A stretch of 64,000 nucleotides of DNA from Felis catus (Eukaryota): contig NC_058368.1 in assembly GCF_018350175.1 (NCBI RefSeq), positions 160,644,001 to 160,708,000 on the forward strand, read 5' to 3'. How positions within the stretch are numbered: the stretch's first letter is position 1; each line of letters starts with the position of its first letter. A program made the translations under genes and the position numbers. Of the stretch, positions 24,895-39,149 are shown in pieces. A model generated the notes under the pieces. It was not told the DNA's origin, did no database searches, and saw only the letters and a program-made list of their open reading frames with translations.

Positions 24895-25020
24895 ACCAGG
24901 GGTAGAGGACCTGAGGGGTGTTGAATATATTTTATATTGGTTGTGGTGGTGGCATTATGGGTGTTTGCATATGTCCAAGTTCACCAAATTGTATACAGTA
25001 AATATGTGCATTTCTCTGTA
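24895..25020 (+). mobile_element. Ancient L1M 3'UTR fragment
   Basis: ttgtggtggtggcattatgggtgtttgcatatgtccaagttcaccaaattgtatac. Confidence 0.75.
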
Positions 25021-25034
25021 AGAAACAAACAAAA

Positions 25035-25575
25035 AACTACCCTGCATTCCCATTGTCCTGACAGTAAAATACAGAATTGACCTTTTCACAAGGTACTGTA
25101 TTAAGAGGCCCCATTTACTTTTCTGATTTCATCAACTGCCCATTTTCCTGCCTTCACTATGCTCCAGACACACCAGCTTTCTTTTTGTTTTTTGTAAACG
25201 CCAAGTTGTTTCCCATTGTATGAACTTTGTACTGATACTCCTCAAGTTTTTTTTTTTTTTTCTCATCACTCAGATCTGGGATTATATGTTTCCTCATGAG
25301 AGAGACCTCCTTGATCATTCTTTCTAAAGTCATTTGCATAAACTCTCACTTTATCTAAAATAGATATCTGTATCTAAAATATCTAAAAATATTTCTGTAT
25401 CTAAAATAGAAATAATGGTGTATAATTACTTGTTAATCGTTAATTATCTCTCTCCCTTTCCCCCAGTCAGGCTCCATTAAGCAGGGATCTTTTATGCCAT
25501 ATTTATTGCTGTATTCTCAGGATCTGTATCAGGGATTAGCACATATTAGATACTTAAATATTTCTTAATGGATGT
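25035..25575 (+). mobile_element. LINE-2 3' region (likely continuous with ~17740-17837 before the L1 inserted)
   Basis: L2-type 3' end: ctccattaagcagggat...tattgctgtattctcag...agcacatattagatacttaaatattt. Confidence 0.75.
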
Positions 25576-25834
25576 GTACCGTCTTCCAACCCTTGGATTT
25601 TATTCATCTGCCCTATGAAGTAAATCTATATAGAACAATGAAGTACTCCATTTTAGAAATAATGTTTAAAATAATCATTTTTAACATCCCACATGATCAT
25701 TGATGTATTTTCACAATTGTTGATTACAGACTGATGAATAGAAACATTGATAAATAATATCAAAAAGTCACTGCAGGCTCCTCTCCTTTTTTCATCACAC
25801 ACATGATACAGACAAATGATCTTTTGGAACTTAC

Positions 25835-25881
25835 ATCTATAAGGAATGTAATGGTAGAGAAAGGTCATAGCTATCAGCTAA
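25835..25881 (-). pseudogene. Candidate exon 47 nt, phase 0-2
   Basis: ttttccttttcaatctag|TTAGCT...TAGAT|gtaagt. Translates LADSYDLSLPLHSL*. Confidence 0.5.
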
Positions 25882-26516
25882 CTAGATTGAAAAGGAAAAA
25901 AAACAAAATAAAAAAAATATTTTTCTCCCTAGGATTCTGGCAGTTATTTTTTTCTATTAATAATTTTTCTATTGCATATTGTTTCTTTGTCAGAGATATT
26001 CTGTGAATCACTATCATATCTAGGAGACAATTTGACTCAAGGACTTCATGACATAGAGTTACACCATTAGGTAATTGGAAATCATTTGGTATTTGCACAA
26101 AACTAAAGACTACCCTTCAAAGGAAAATTATCACAGCTTTCAAACAATGATTCTTTTATATTCTGTATTACAGATACTAAATTGTTAGGACAAGGCACTC
26201 TCCCACACACAAAACATTACCTAATCAATTTTCCACTCTTTTATCCGCTTTCCCCAAGCACTGACAAAAAGTATTCTTTGTCAGATGCCACAATTTCATA
26301 GTTATATTGAAGCTATCTAAAATCATCAAAATCTTACATGAATTCAATTAGATATTATTTTTATAAGTAATATTTTCTTACTTTGGATAAAAATGTATAT
26401 TGATTGAATCCAAACAGTAGGCACAGTATTTAGCAGGTGATAGCAAGGAGCATCATGAACACGGAAATTTTGTAAAGAAAAATTCATTAACTTATTAAGG
26501 TTCAAAGCTATTTCTT

Positions 26517-26733
26517 GGGGCACCAGGGTGATTCAGTTAGTTAAGCGTCTGACTTTGGCTCAGGTCATGATCTCACAGTTTGTGGGTTTGAGCCCTGAGT
26601 CAGGCTGTATACTGACAGCTCAGAGCCTGGAACCTACTTCACATTCTGTGTCTCCCTCTCTCTATGTACTCCCCCACTCATGCTCTGTCTCTGTCTCTCA
26701 AAGATAAATAAATGTTAAAAAAATTAAAGAAAA
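26517..26733 (+). mobile_element. Can-SINE (feline type)
   Basis: Consensus body and tail. Confidence 0.95.
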
Positions 26734-27013
26734 CAATTTATTGAATGTTGATATCAGAGAAACATGCATGTACCAAAGATTGGAGATTATTCAAATACTT
26801 GTTGGGTATTTATAAGGGAGGACTGTGGAAGTGCTTTTGTTTATTTGTTTTATTATTTAAACAATTATTTATCTTTTAATTGTCTAATACTTAATTTTCC
26901 AGTTCATATTTATGGCAAAACTCAGTTAATGGCAAAGTTGTTTTTGGCTGCCTGCTAAGTATAAGTAGCTGTGTTTAAAAAAAACATAACAATGACACAA
27001 TTAATTTTCTTTC

Positions 27014-27230
27014 TTTTTAAAAAAAATTAACATTTATTATTGAGAGACTGAGAGAGACAGAGCATCAGCATGGGAGGGACAGAGAGAGGAGGAGTCACAG
27101 AATCTGAAGGAAGCTCCAGGCTCTGAGCTGTTAGCACAGAGCCCCACGTGGGGCTAGAACTCAGAAACCACGAGATCATGACCAGAGCCGAGGTCAGACA
27201 CTTAACCGACTGAGCTACCAGGCACTTTCT
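27014..27230 (-). mobile_element. Can-SINE (feline type)
   Basis: TSD ttaattttctttc. Confidence 0.95.
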
Positions 27231-27329
27231 GTTAATTTTCTTTCATGATAAATTTAAGGTTATACGCACACCTCAAATGAGAAAGAAAAAAATTACAAGT
27301 CGAATTTTCAAAAAATTACAAAATGCTGT

Positions 27330-29400
27330 AAAAATGGATGGTGATGATCCTAGTAGTAGAGACCTCTTAATATGGTTGGGAGGGCCTTTCTGAGAAGTTG
27401 AAATTTAAGGTGAAGCTTGCATAATGAGACGTCATCAACCATGTATTCATCAAAGCAAAAAAGCATTTCAGGCAGTGGAACCAACAATTCAAAGACTCCA
27501 GGACAGGGAAGTATTACGTAGATTCAAGGAACTAAACACTAGAGTGGGTAAGCCATAGTGAGTGAGAGAGGAACCACATTGGAGGAGATGGTGAAACAGA
27601 CCTGTTGGCAGTTATGTGGACTTTTATATCAAGAACAATTAAATTATTTAACCAGGGACTACAGAATATGATTTTTTCTTTTGTAATTATAGTGTGAGTG
27701 TTCTGTGCAGAAATAATTTGAGTGAAAGGAAAAGGAAAGAAAGTCAGGGGACTATTTAGAATACCATGGTCTTAGAAGAAATCACAGTGGCTTGGTCTAA
27801 CATTGTGGGCAGTGGATGTAGAGAAAAGTGAACTGGCTCTGGTGATATATCTGTGGTAACCATGATTTGATGTAAGCTGGGGGTAGAAAAGATAGAGAGT
27901 TATTGGGAAAAGCAGTTTTGCACATACAATGTTTAAGCTTTCGCTGGCTGCATAACAATGGGCCTGGGGCTTGCAACACTTTCTCAGCAAGAGATAAAGA
28001 GTCTACAGAGCTTGTGCCAGACTTAATACCTTGTGTGGGGATATCTTTTCTTTTGTTCACGCTTAGTGAATGCTCTCAGATTGTCTCTCCCTAAAGGATG
28101 TGTGTCACATGGCACAAGGCCAACCTCACTGGTTACATCTGTCATCTGAGAGGAGACCGGGTTCTTTTACTGTGGCACAAGGTGGGTAAATTTAGGCAAA
28201 TTGCCCCTGAAATGACCATCTGGAAAGACCCACTAGCCACAGGGGACCAATGCCTACCATTGAAGCTAATCTTGCTGTGTCTTCTCTATGTAAGGTGTTA
28301 TTCCATCCAGTGCCTGATTGTGTTGTGTTTCCTTCATTAACTTCTATATACCAAGATGCAGTGAGCAGAAGTATTGAGTCCTACTCTGGGATTGATAACT
28401 AGTACACAGTACTCTATTCCTCTGGGATTGCTAACTGATGGATGGTACTCTTCTGGACAATAATGTGAATATTTTAAACTTGAGCAACTGAATAATGAGA
28501 GGGGCATAGTTTGGAATTGGATAAAGTCAAGAGTTTAGATTTGACTATGTTGAGTTCAAGTATGTAGGTGTATGTACCTCAGAGAAAAATGGGATAAATC
28601 TCTTAATCATCAGTAAATCAACAGTTTTACTGTCATGAGAATGAGCTCATTTACAGAGTGAGCATAGAGAGAGAAGTTGGGTCCAGGACCAATTCACAAG
28701 AAATGGCAGCTTTTTAAGGGCTGGCTAATATGGAGAAATTTTCAGAGAAGAATGTGAAAAAGAAAGCAGAGAATTATATAGGAAGTTAAAATTGCGTGTT
28801 GTTATAGAACCCAAGAGAAAAGTAGTTTGTTAGTAATCTGAGATCAAGCAGATTCATTGAAATAGTTGGTGGGCGGGGATGGATGAAAGCTAGTTTGGAG
28901 TGGCATGAGAAGTGATGTCAGAAAAGGGAGGTAAAAAATGCAGGCAATTTTTGGAAGAAGTTTGTGGAGAACTTTTGCTAGTAGATGTATGAAGTCAAGA
29001 GAGGCTACAAAATACTTAACCTAGAAAACCACAGACAGCCTGTTATGTGAATGAGAATAATCTAATTAGGGAGATATTGATAAGTCAAGATAGAAAAAAA
29101 AAAGACAGAGAATATGATATTTTTATTGAGTGCTATGGAGGAAAAGATTTGCCTATGATAGGGAGAAAAACAAACAAACAAACAACATTTCATTCATTGT
29201 AAGGGAAGAAGTGGAAGGTAAAAGCAGACCCTGGTAGGTTCTCAGATTTTGTCATGGGGAAATGAGTGAGCAGTAGTCCAAGAGTTTGTGTTTCTCAAAT
29301 ATGGGAAAACCAGTCAATAGCAGAAAGTAAGAAGGAAGCAGAATCAGAGAAATGAGACTCTAGGAGAGAGCTCATTAAGTAACTGTGAACGTATCATGGC
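27330..29400 (-). mobile_element. Degraded LINE-2, interrupted by an LTR
   Basis: Purine-rich L2 antisense motifs (gggcctttctgagaagttgaaatttaag; caagagtttagatttgactatgttgagttcaag). Confidence 0.7.
27901..28459 (+). mobile_element. ERV solo LTR (possibly LTR47-like)
   Basis: Begins t(a)ttgggaaaagcagt and ends ...ggaca. Interrupts the L2. Family tentative. Confidence 0.65.
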
Positions 29401-29638
29401 AGCTATTATATAATGCCTTATTTCATGATCTGCTCTAATGGTATTTGGCTGCACAGATTGATAGCAATCTTGACCTAAGTATATTCACCAAAGTGGCTGG
29501 TAGGTGGGGTCCCTGGGTAAAGACATGGAGAACATGGATGGCTAAATTCATACTGACATTCCGACTCTTTTATGGTCTGGCCATAGTTGTTTAGTAGACA
29601 TGAAGTGTTAGCAATCTAAATACAACTTTCTATGCTAC

Positions 29639-29985
29639 TGCTATGGCATGAATGTTTGTAGACCCCCAAATTCATATGTGGAAATCTTAATGCTCATGAT
29701 GATAATATTAGGAGGTGGGGATTTTGGCAGATGATTAGTCCATGAGGGTGAAGCCCTCATTAATGAGATTAATGTCCCCTTAAAAAAGGCTCTGGAGAGT
29801 TCCTTGCCCTTTCTACCATGTGGGAATATGAGAAGTCTCCATCTCAGAAGAGAGCCCTTATGTGACCATGCTGGGACCCTGATTTCAAACTTCCATCCCC
29901 CCAAATTGTGAGAAATTCATTTCTGTTGTTTATAGGCTACCCAGTCTGTAGTGTTATGTTAGAGCAGCTCAAACAGACTAAGACA
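29639..29985 (+). mobile_element. MaLR MLT1A-type solo LTR
   Basis: TG...CA termini (tgctatgg...gactaagaca). 5-bp TSD gctac/actac. Confidence 0.93.
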
Positions 29986-30202
29986 ACTACTGTGAGTTAT
30001 TTGGAACATTTAAACTGTGTGCCTCCAGAATTATTAACCAACTATCTGAAAAGAATCAAGATATTCTAAATATCCCTGCTTCCACAACTTCTACAATCAC
30101 CTCCTCTCTTCCCTCACAAAAAGTATCTGTGTGAATATATGCACATATGTGTATGCATATGTCTATATGCATATACATATCTATACCTATCTTATCTATC
30201 TG

Positions 30203-30240
30203 TCCATCCATCCATCCATCCATCCATCCATCCATCCATC
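30203..30240. repeat. (TCCA)n microsatellite
   Basis: Direct reading. Confidence 0.95.
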
Positions 30241-30427
30241 TGTCTATCCACACAGAGGAGAAAGACCTAAGATACAACCTTAAATAATCAGTTGAAAATA
30301 TGCAAATCTTAAGATCCATCTAAAATCTAGGGTGATCCTCAAATGACTAAGAAATGGGAAACTGCTGGGATATCTAGATATCACAGATAAAAGTACAAAA
30401 TGCTTAAATTCTACTTTTTAAATATTT

Positions 30428-30641
30428 TCTTTTAAAATTTTTAATGTTTATTTTGGAGGGAGAGCGAGAGACAGAGCATGAGTGGAGGAGGGGCAGAGAG
30501 AGATGGAGACACAAAATCTGAAACAAGCTCCAGGCTCTGAGCTGTCAGCACAGAGCCCAACATGGGATTCAAACTCAGGAGCCTTGAGATCATGACCTCA
30601 GCTGAAATCAGATGCTCAACTGACTGAGCCACCTAGGTGCC
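30428..30641 (-). mobile_element. Can-SINE (feline type)
   Basis: Consensus body. Confidence 0.95.
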
Positions 30642-31348
30642 AAAAATGCTATTTTTTTAATAATATATTTTTTATATCATTCTACTTATTATCTCTATTT
30701 TTTCATCAAAGTTTTCTCCAGGTTCTGTCATATTTTCAGCCAAGCCTCTAATTGATTAGAAGTTTACAGTATTCAATAATCAGTTTGTTGCCTATTTCTT
30801 GTTTTTATTTGGACAATTGTGATTTTCATCTGATGTGTTCTTTGCTAATGCCAGGTGGCTCCCATTTCACAATGTATTCATGTATTTGAGAACACACATG
30901 AGATCCTTTCTCCCTAAGTTTCCTCTTCCTCCTTTGGGTCCTGTTGTTTGATAGAGGAAAGTTGACTCATAGCCATTCTCAATGACAGTACTATCCATGC
31001 AACTGGGAACATAGTATGTGGCTATTTAAAAAAAAATGGGCCACTTTTACAGATATATGTGATGACGTGATATGATAAATAGAGAAAAGGCAAAGGCCAG
31101 ATCCTGAGAATAATATGCTAACATTTATGATTCAAAGTATATGTGTACTTATGCCCATATGAATAGAACGTCTCTGAAAGTACACTCAAACAGCTATTGA
31201 CGACATTAGTATGTGCTGAGGGTGGACTGCAGGATGAGGGACATGTGTGTGGAAGAAAAACTTTATTTTATGAATTTTATCATTGAATCATCTGTTTATT
31301 ATCATATTTTATTATTTGCATACACGTACGATTATATTATATATTTTA

Positions 31349-31477
31349 GGGGTGACTGTGTGGCTCAGTTGGTTAAGTGTTTGGCTCTTGATTTTGTCTC
31401 AGGTCGTGATCTCACAGTTTGTGAGTGCAAGCCCCTCATCAGGCTCTACACTGTCAGTGCAGAGCCTTCTTGGGATT

Positions 31478-31515
<38 letters not shown>

Positions 31516-31575
31516 CCCCCACCTTGTGCTCGCTCTTGCTCTCTCTCTCAAAATAAATGAATAAACTTATAAAAG
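31349..31575 (+). mobile_element. Can-SINE
   Basis: Head, (CT)n, AATAAA tail. Confidence 0.95.
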
Positions 31576-32978
31576 ATAATAGTAAATATTTTAAAGAAAA
31601 AGGAGATAAAAATTACAGATATTTAAGAACCATGACACCTTGAACATGTCTGACTTTGTTTCCCTGTTCTCAACTTCCCTGGGTAAGAGTAAAAGTCAGG
31701 GCAGGCAAGTTGCAGATGCTGGGTCATGGGACTATCAGATTCACTTAACCATTCAGATCTGGGAATGCCTGCTCCTTGGCACTAGGGGAGACACAAGATG
31801 AAAGCATCCAATAGCCGGACTTCCCTTGATTCTCCGCTTGAGGTGAGAATTAACCAATCAAAATGTCCAGACAAACTAATGAAACCAAATCATCTTTAAC
31901 TGCCTCAGTCTGCTGAGTACCATTTCTGTTAGAAATGGAGGAAAGTACAGCATGGCTGAGTGAGAGTTGCCACCCACAGGTTGGGATTCTGGGAGCACAG
32001 ATGCTACCTCCATGTCTCTTAGCACAGAAATTAGAATTTGCTGTTTCTCTTTTGTTTTGTTCTCACTACCAATCTTCTAGAGCACAGACTACTATACTTT
32101 ATTTCATTCTCTTGTTCCACTTCTTGAGAAATAGACTGACCTAGCACTGAAGAAATGAAAAGTCATGATGAGGGAAAGAAAAATGAAAACTCACTTTTGA
32201 GTTCTAAGGCATCAGATGGAAGAAGATAAAAATACTGAGGAGCTGGTTTTTATGAGTTTTTGTTTGAGTACTTTGTGAAATGGATAAGGTCTCTCAAGGA
32301 GAAGCAAATAGAGTACAGAATATTTTCTAGCTGAAAGCTAAACATTTTTGAGGTAAAAATTCAATACGTATACTTAAAAAAAAGATAGCCAAGGAAAACC
32401 TAGCCAAATAGATGCTATTATGCTGAATGGAAAATTATTAAACTCGAATAAGTAAAAACATTTTTGAAGAAATTGAATTAATAACAAAAAATATCCCTAA
32501 CCAAACTCCGTCAAATTCAGATGGCTTGACAGGTGTGTTCTACTAAACTTTAACATTCAAGATGACCCTTATGTAATATGCTCAATTTTAGAAAAGAGAA
32601 ATGGAAGAAAATGTTTCAAAGTTAAGATCTGAATAAAACAACCATTTTCTAAAATCACATAAACACAGTGTCACCAAAACAGTTTTAGGACCATTTTACT
32701 TAAAAATATTTTATTTCCTTTAGAAATCTTAAATCCAAACTAGAAGCAACAGTATAATGAAAATAATAGTACATCACGGCCAAGTAGAACTGACAATGTT
32801 TTAACACCAGAAAATCTGTTGGTATTGTCCATCTCAGTGATGGGATGAAAGAGAAATGCAATCATTCTCTAAAATAATGGAGAAAATACATGATAAAATA
32901 AAAAGTAATTATTATAAAATCTCATCATATCAGAGAATATTCCTTAGTTTGACAAAGCCTATATAACAACTAAAATTA

Positions 32979-33205
32979 GGGGCTCCTGGGTGGCTTAGTC
33001 AGTTAAGAGAATGACTTTGGCTCAAGTCACAATCTCATGGTTCAGGGGTTCAAGACCCACATCGGGTTCTGTGCTAACAGCTCAGAGCCTGGAGCCTGCT
33101 TTGGATTCTTTGTCTCTCTCTCTCTCTGCTCATTCCTGTGCTCTGTTTCTCTCTCTCTCAAATATAAATAATCATTAAAAAATTAAAAATAATAAAATAA
33201 AATAT
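32979..33205 (+). mobile_element. Can-SINE (feline type)
   Basis: Consensus body. Confidence 0.95.
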
Positions 33206-33560
33206 CATTTATAAAATATAATAAAATTAAATGTCATACTTTATGGGAAAAATGTTCATTCATTTGGCAACAAGAAGAGAATACCTGATATTACTTCTAG
33301 TTCATAAATGAAACACTGAAAGCTCTGACTTAAGCAAATAAATCAAATAAGAAGAAGTGAGAGTATGCAATGTGAAAGGGAAGGGGCAATACTTTTCCAT
33401 GTCCGAAAAAGAAAAAAGCACAAACGTAGAATAGTCACTGTCCCAGAAAAAAATAAGAACTAAGCAAAAGTTGTAGCAAGTTTTCCAGATGTAAGAGCAA
33501 CATAAAAGTCAATAGTCCTAAAAAATAGCATAGAATAAGATGTATGTTTATAAATCTTGT

Positions 33561-33732
33561 GTTTTTTTTTTAATTTGTTTACTTTTGAGAGAGGGAGAGA
33601 GAGAATACCAGGCAGGCTCTATGCTGTCAGTTCAGAGTCTGATGAGGGGCTCAATGTCATGAACTGTGAGATCATGACCTGAGCCAAAGCCAAGAGTGGG
33701 ACATTTAACCAATTGAGCCACCCAAGTGCCCC
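33561..33732 (-). mobile_element. Can-SINE
   Basis: TSD tgtttataaatcttgt at 33545-33560 and 33733-33748. Confidence 0.95.
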
Positions 33733-35329
33733 TGTTTATAAATCTTGTTAATGAACCAGCAATTCTGCCCTTGACTATAGACACAGAGTATATCTAACTG
33801 ACCCAGAAAGAGTCGTGTTAATGGAAGCCTACTCCTTTGTGTTCCTACATTAAGGAAATGGGTAGGTAAATGTGTAAAATAGAACAGATACTACTTGAAT
33901 TAATAGCCAGCAGTCAGAAATAACAAACTAAATGTACCTTACACATCACTGATAAATCTTAAAGAAGATCCCATGGGCCAAGTATTAAGAAATAACCTCG
34001 ATCAATGGCACAGTACTATGTACATAAATTGAAAACTGTAAAGATTTCTACTTTTAAAGGGTGGAGATATTCATGACACAGACAAATGCTCCTGACAAAA
34101 TAAACTATAACATTTATGTTAGAGAAGGTTAAAATGCTGCTGAATAAAGGGTTTTGAGAGTCGTTAAGATTCTAGAGTTTGGAGAGCCAGAGATTTGAGT
34201 TAATAATCTGCAGCCACTTTTATTGCTGGGGGCATACCTGATTCTGGGTGCCATGAAGAGTGAGTATCTTGTCATTTTCCTAGGAGATAGGACCAAGTTT
34301 GAGGTAATAGAAACAAGCAATGTTTTGTTGTTGTTGTTGTTGTTTTTATAGTCTTGCATGGAGGAATGAAGTTGAACCTCAGAGTCAACAAACACATGAC
34401 TGGGGTTTTCTGAAGACATTTGCATGTATGTGAAGCTTGTGGGGAGGGATGTTAAAAACAAAAACAAAAACAGGCTTTACAAGCTGAATGGTGATTTGTC
34501 AGTCTGTGCCATGGAGACAGGGAACAAAGTTCAGGGTATGCTTGGGAGAACAGCAGTGATGGGCATATCAAGAAAGCTAACAACCCTGGGAGGTGAAGCC
34601 TCCAGAGCAGTAATTTTATCAGGAGAAGGAACCCAACTGAAATCCTTAATTGGGTGTTGATAACATAACAAAGAGTAACCATTACATGAAAAGAAGAAAG
34701 GGTGAATCCTGCCTGGAGAAAGATACATCAGGCACTTCTACATTTTTTTGTTTTTGTTTTTGTACTTTCACACTACTAGTCTATAATGTTAGAAGTCAGG
34801 ATAGAGTTTTTATGGTCAGGACTATGGCTTGTGTCAGGAAAGGGGATTCTGAAATAGTTATATATATAAGCATTCAATCTGCGAAGTTTTATCAAGCTTT
34901 TCATTTGAAAACTTTTGTACTTTCATGTATGTTATACTTCATTTAAAAACTTACTTAAAAAATCACACATGCATAAAATAATTTTAGTTCCAATAGTTTT
35001 GTACCTGAAGTAAAGTATTCTTAAACTTTGCAAATAGGTGAGACAATACATCTTTTGGTAGACTTTAATGTTCTTAATGATGTTAGCATCTTTCCATTTC
35101 TCAAATAAACCCTTTAAGTTGTGTTATGTTATTTTAATACATTGCTTGATTTAATTTTCTACTATTGCACTTAGATTTTGGCATCCTTGTTTATTATTAT
35201 TTTTGGTGGTACCTTCATCAAGTTTTCTTACTAACGTTATGTGACTTCTTAAAACCATTTGGCAGATTCTCCATCTTTTGTTGGGGATCAGGGAAAACAA
35301 CCCTCTAAATATTATTGAAAAGTTTTGTT

Positions 35330-35533
35330 TTCTATTTATTTTGATTTTTATTTATTTTTTATTTTTAAAAATTTACATCCAAATTAGTTAGCATATAGTG
35401 AAACAATGATTTCAGGAGTAGATTCCTTAATGCCCCTTACCCATTTAGCCCATCCCCCCTCCCACAACCCCTCCAGCTCAGTTTGTTCTCCATATTTATG
35501 AGTCTCTTCTATTTTGTCCCCCTTCCTGTTTTT
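35330..35533 (-). mobile_element. Short feline-type L1 3' end
   Basis: Closely matches ~17890-18050. Confidence 0.93.
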
Positions 35534-36022
35534 AAAATTTAGATAGAACTTGAAGCAGATCAATTCAGCTAAGTTGTTAAGGGAATGTGCTGTGTTGAAT
35601 TGCTCAGGCCTAGCCAGATGTTCCATCACTGGGTTCTGCTTTGTTTAGAAGTGCCTGAATTGAGAGTGAGGAAGGAGCTTAGGTCCCTGGAGAAAATTCT
35701 GGGCAAGGTTACCAGAGGGTGAAAGATGTTTGATGGCAAGATCAATCACCATCCAGTACAAATAATCAAGACAGTTTTCAATTTTTCCAGTAATATGCAA
35801 AAATACATATGATTGTTGATTTTTTGGCATGTTTTACTATAATACCTCAATTATCCACTTTATTTAAAATATATAGTTATGCTAAATCACACAACTGTTA
35901 TTAGCATAACTTATTTTAGTAACATACAAAGAAATTTGGAGTAAAGTCTTTATTCTAGGTTCCCCACACCCAATGTTAGTACACCCTAGAATATCAACAT
36001 TTCAACCTACCCTCTTAAAATG

Positions 36023-36616
36023 CATGGTAAACAGAATAATGTCCCACCAATTATGTCCACACCTGAGTCCTTGGAACCTGTGAATGCATTATGTTACAGG
36101 CAAAAGAGACTTAACAGATGTGATTAAGGACACAGACCTTGCAATGGGGAAATTATCCTAAAGTATACAGGAGGCCCAATGTAATCACATCAGTTTTCAA
36201 AATCCAGAAATTGTTCTGGCTGGGTAAGAGAGATGATATGGAAAATGAAGGAATGCAGATGTGAAGCATAAGAGGGACTTGATATTGCTGGCTTTAAAAA
36301 TGGAGAAAGAAAACCTTGAACCAAGGAATGTGGCAATGTTTAGGCAATGTTTAGACTCTGGAGAAGGTCCCCATCAATAGCCAGCAATGAAGTGGGGTCC
36401 TGTAATTTCTAGGAAATGAATCTTGCTAACAGTCCAATTAAGCAGGACATGGATCCTCCTCTTGAGTTGCAGAAGGTGAATGTAGCCTACAGAAACCTTT
36501 ATTGTAGCCTGGGAAGACTGCAGGACTTCTGACCTACAGAACTGAAAAAATAATACATTTGTTCAAGCCCCTACATATGTAATAATTTGTAATGGCAACA
36601 ACAGAAAACCGCCACA
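36023..36616 (+). mobile_element. MaLR MLT1D/E-type solo LTR
   Basis: cagaataatgtccc...ggaacctgtgaat...gacttctgacctacagaactg...aatttgtaatggcaacaacagaaaac. Confidence 0.88.
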
Positions 36617-37689
36617 AAGTATTTTATACAATAAATTCTTTGAGAACTTTGCACATCCATTGCACTTCTTAGAGCTACCAGAATTCAGTATTTCGTAGAA
36701 CTTTCTGATACTAATAACCTACCTGAATAAGTGATTGCTATGTTGTGTGTTTAAAGAAACTAGAATTCAGCTCATTTCAAAGGATGTAGAAGATTCAAAT
36801 TTATGCGGTTTTATCATAAATGGTATCTTTTCTACTCCATCTTGGTCCTTAAATTAATGCTAGGCTCTGTAGAATACACTCAATTTCCAAAAGCAGTGAA
36901 TGTAAGAAAAGAAGAAAAAGGTTTTGTGAAGAATAATGTTCCTTATTTTTATGTCCAAAATTATTGGACACGAATCCATTCTGTGAAAGTACAATGAATA
37001 CTTTAATCATGTATTATTTTTAATGTCAGTTGTAAAGCTACATGAATAGCATATGACTCTTAAGGGGAAAAATTAAAGGAAAGGAAAAGAAGAGAATGGA
37101 GGAGAAATTTTCAATTCAGTACTTTTCATTGTGTATCATTGAAAACTCAAAAGGGAAGTTAAAGGTTAATAAACAGAAATTTAATGCCTATCATTTTAAG
37201 ACTGACTAGGCAGTTATTTTAATGACTGTCATTATCACAACATTTCTCTGTCAATATGAGGTCTGTAACAGGCAATGTAACTCTCTCTTAATGTGATGCT
37301 TTAAAGAGTGAGTGCCTATATAGATTTAAATTTCAGATGAAATCCATTTAAATGGTGGCTCACAGTATTTAATAATCTGTTTCTTTTGTATTTAAAATGT
37401 ACTAAAAAGCACCATTCTTATAGAGGTCATTTATTTCTGGAACTCTTTATTTTACTTCTTGTAAAGCTATCTATTATTCATGCTTCTCTCTGGTATATAA
37501 CTCTTTACTACAGTTGCTACACTTTGAACACTCAATATCCTCGTGGTCTGAAAGAGTTAATGTAGTTCCCCAGGCATCTAATTTAATACATGAGAGTGAC
37601 TTGGGTAGTGATGATGAGCTAGCTCAATATATATTATAGAGAATCAGTCATCTTGTGAAAGTAGCGGTTAAATACACTTTAATTGAGAT

Positions 37690-37903
37690 TTTTGTTACAA
37701 GTGGGGAGTTTTAAAAGTGCTGATGAATTAAGAATTCCACTTAGAGTCAGAGTTAATGTTTGGCTATAGGGCTAATGTCTAGGGTATATTTAAGGCACCA
37801 TGAAAGTGGATGTAGACATAAGTAGGAATAATTCATGCATCTGATGGATGGTTGAACTAGATGACTTTAAGGTCTTTTTTAACTCTGAGAGCGCATGATT
37901 CTA
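37690..37903 (+). mobile_element. L3/CR1-type 3' end
   Basis: ggttgaactagatgactttaaggtctttttt aactctgag...atgattcta. Confidence 0.65.
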
Positions 37904-38594
37904 TGCACTATGCATATTAGTAATTTAGCCCTGGAACAAATATGCATGAGCAGTCACACTGTAAAATCAGAGCATAAAGAGGAAACTATAAAAATAACTA
38001 GAGTGTGGGGGAAGACGGACAGTTAAAATAAGAGCCCTGCTTTGAATCAGAGATTTAAAATAACTTTAAAGTGATCTAGTCTTCTGGCTAGTGATTTCCA
38101 GGTTTTTAGGATAAAGACTGGTCTTAACAGACAGTTTTATTATTTCCTAAAATGATTATATGCTATTAGTATCTCTTGAGACAATGTTATGAAAACAAAA
38201 AAAAATTTCATGTTTTTAAGTGATTTTGTATGTTGTTAATACTTGTATGTGTGCCGCATTCTTTATGCAATCAGCAGACCAGACACATGTATATGATGTT
38301 TTATAAAAATAATCCCAGGCTCTCCTAAAGGGCCTGGGATGCAGGTTATGAGTCACCTTTTTAGAGTAACCTTTCTTAATAATATGATTATTTTAATGTT
38401 CGAGGTTGGTTCCTCAGTTGAAATTCAGAAGGTGAGTATGAAGTCCTTAGGAACCTGACATGTAGTAAATATTATTAGAAAACACACACACCCCATCCCC
38501 CTATCAACAAAGGAAGGCAACTAACAGGTTTTCCTTATACCCCATTTGCCAGGAATAGTATGAAGACCTTCATATTATACCTCACAAAAATCTT

Positions 38595-38822
38595 TTTTTT
38601 TCATTTAAAAAAATTTTTTAATGTTTATTTATGTTTGAGACAGAGAGAGACAGAGCATGAACAGGGGAGGGGCAGAGAGAGAGGGAGACACAGAATCCGA
38701 AGCAGGTTCCAGGCTCTGAGCTGTAAGTACAGAGCCCGACATGGGGCTCGAACTCACCGACCGTGACATCATGACCTGAGCCGAAGTCAGACACTCAACC
38801 GACGGAGCCACCCAGGCGCCCC
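38595..38822 (-). mobile_element. Young feline-type Can-SINE
   Basis: TSD acctcacaaaaatctt at 38579-38594 and 38826-38841. Confidence 0.97.
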
Positions 38823-39149
38823 TACACCTCACAAAAATCTTAAGAATCATTATTTCAATTACTTTGAAGTTGCCACAAAATAAACCCTCAAGATGTTAAA
38901 TAACTTACTTAAAGATAAATACGTAATTCAACTCCCAAAATCTATCTGTTCCCATGTACTTTATTCCCTTCACTAAATGATACGTCTTTAATGTACAGTG
39001 AAATATAACCACCATTAGAAAATCAACATGAGTATATTGGGGCATAGTGCCTTATGTTTGCAAACACATGAAGCTTAAATTAGCAACTTTCAGTAATATT
39101 TTCAGTTATGTAAGGCTTTTGATTTTTGTGTTGTAATTTATATAACACT

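Larger units (their letters stand above)
32380..34100 (+). mobile_element. Highly degraded ancient L1 ORF2/3' fragments
   Basis: gaaattgaattaataacaaaaaatatcc...cagatggcttgacaggtgtgttctac resembles L1 ORF2. Interrupted by two SINEs. Confidence 0.65.

Noticed and set aside
32195..32234. Possible 40-nt minus-strand exon (YFYLLPSDALELK)
   Set aside because: Weak pyrimidine tract, and its length would break the phase chain between the 40055 and 25881 exons.
34129..34946. Overlapping ORFs on both strands
   Set aside because: No convincing splice signals or family resemblance; probably an old LTR or chance.
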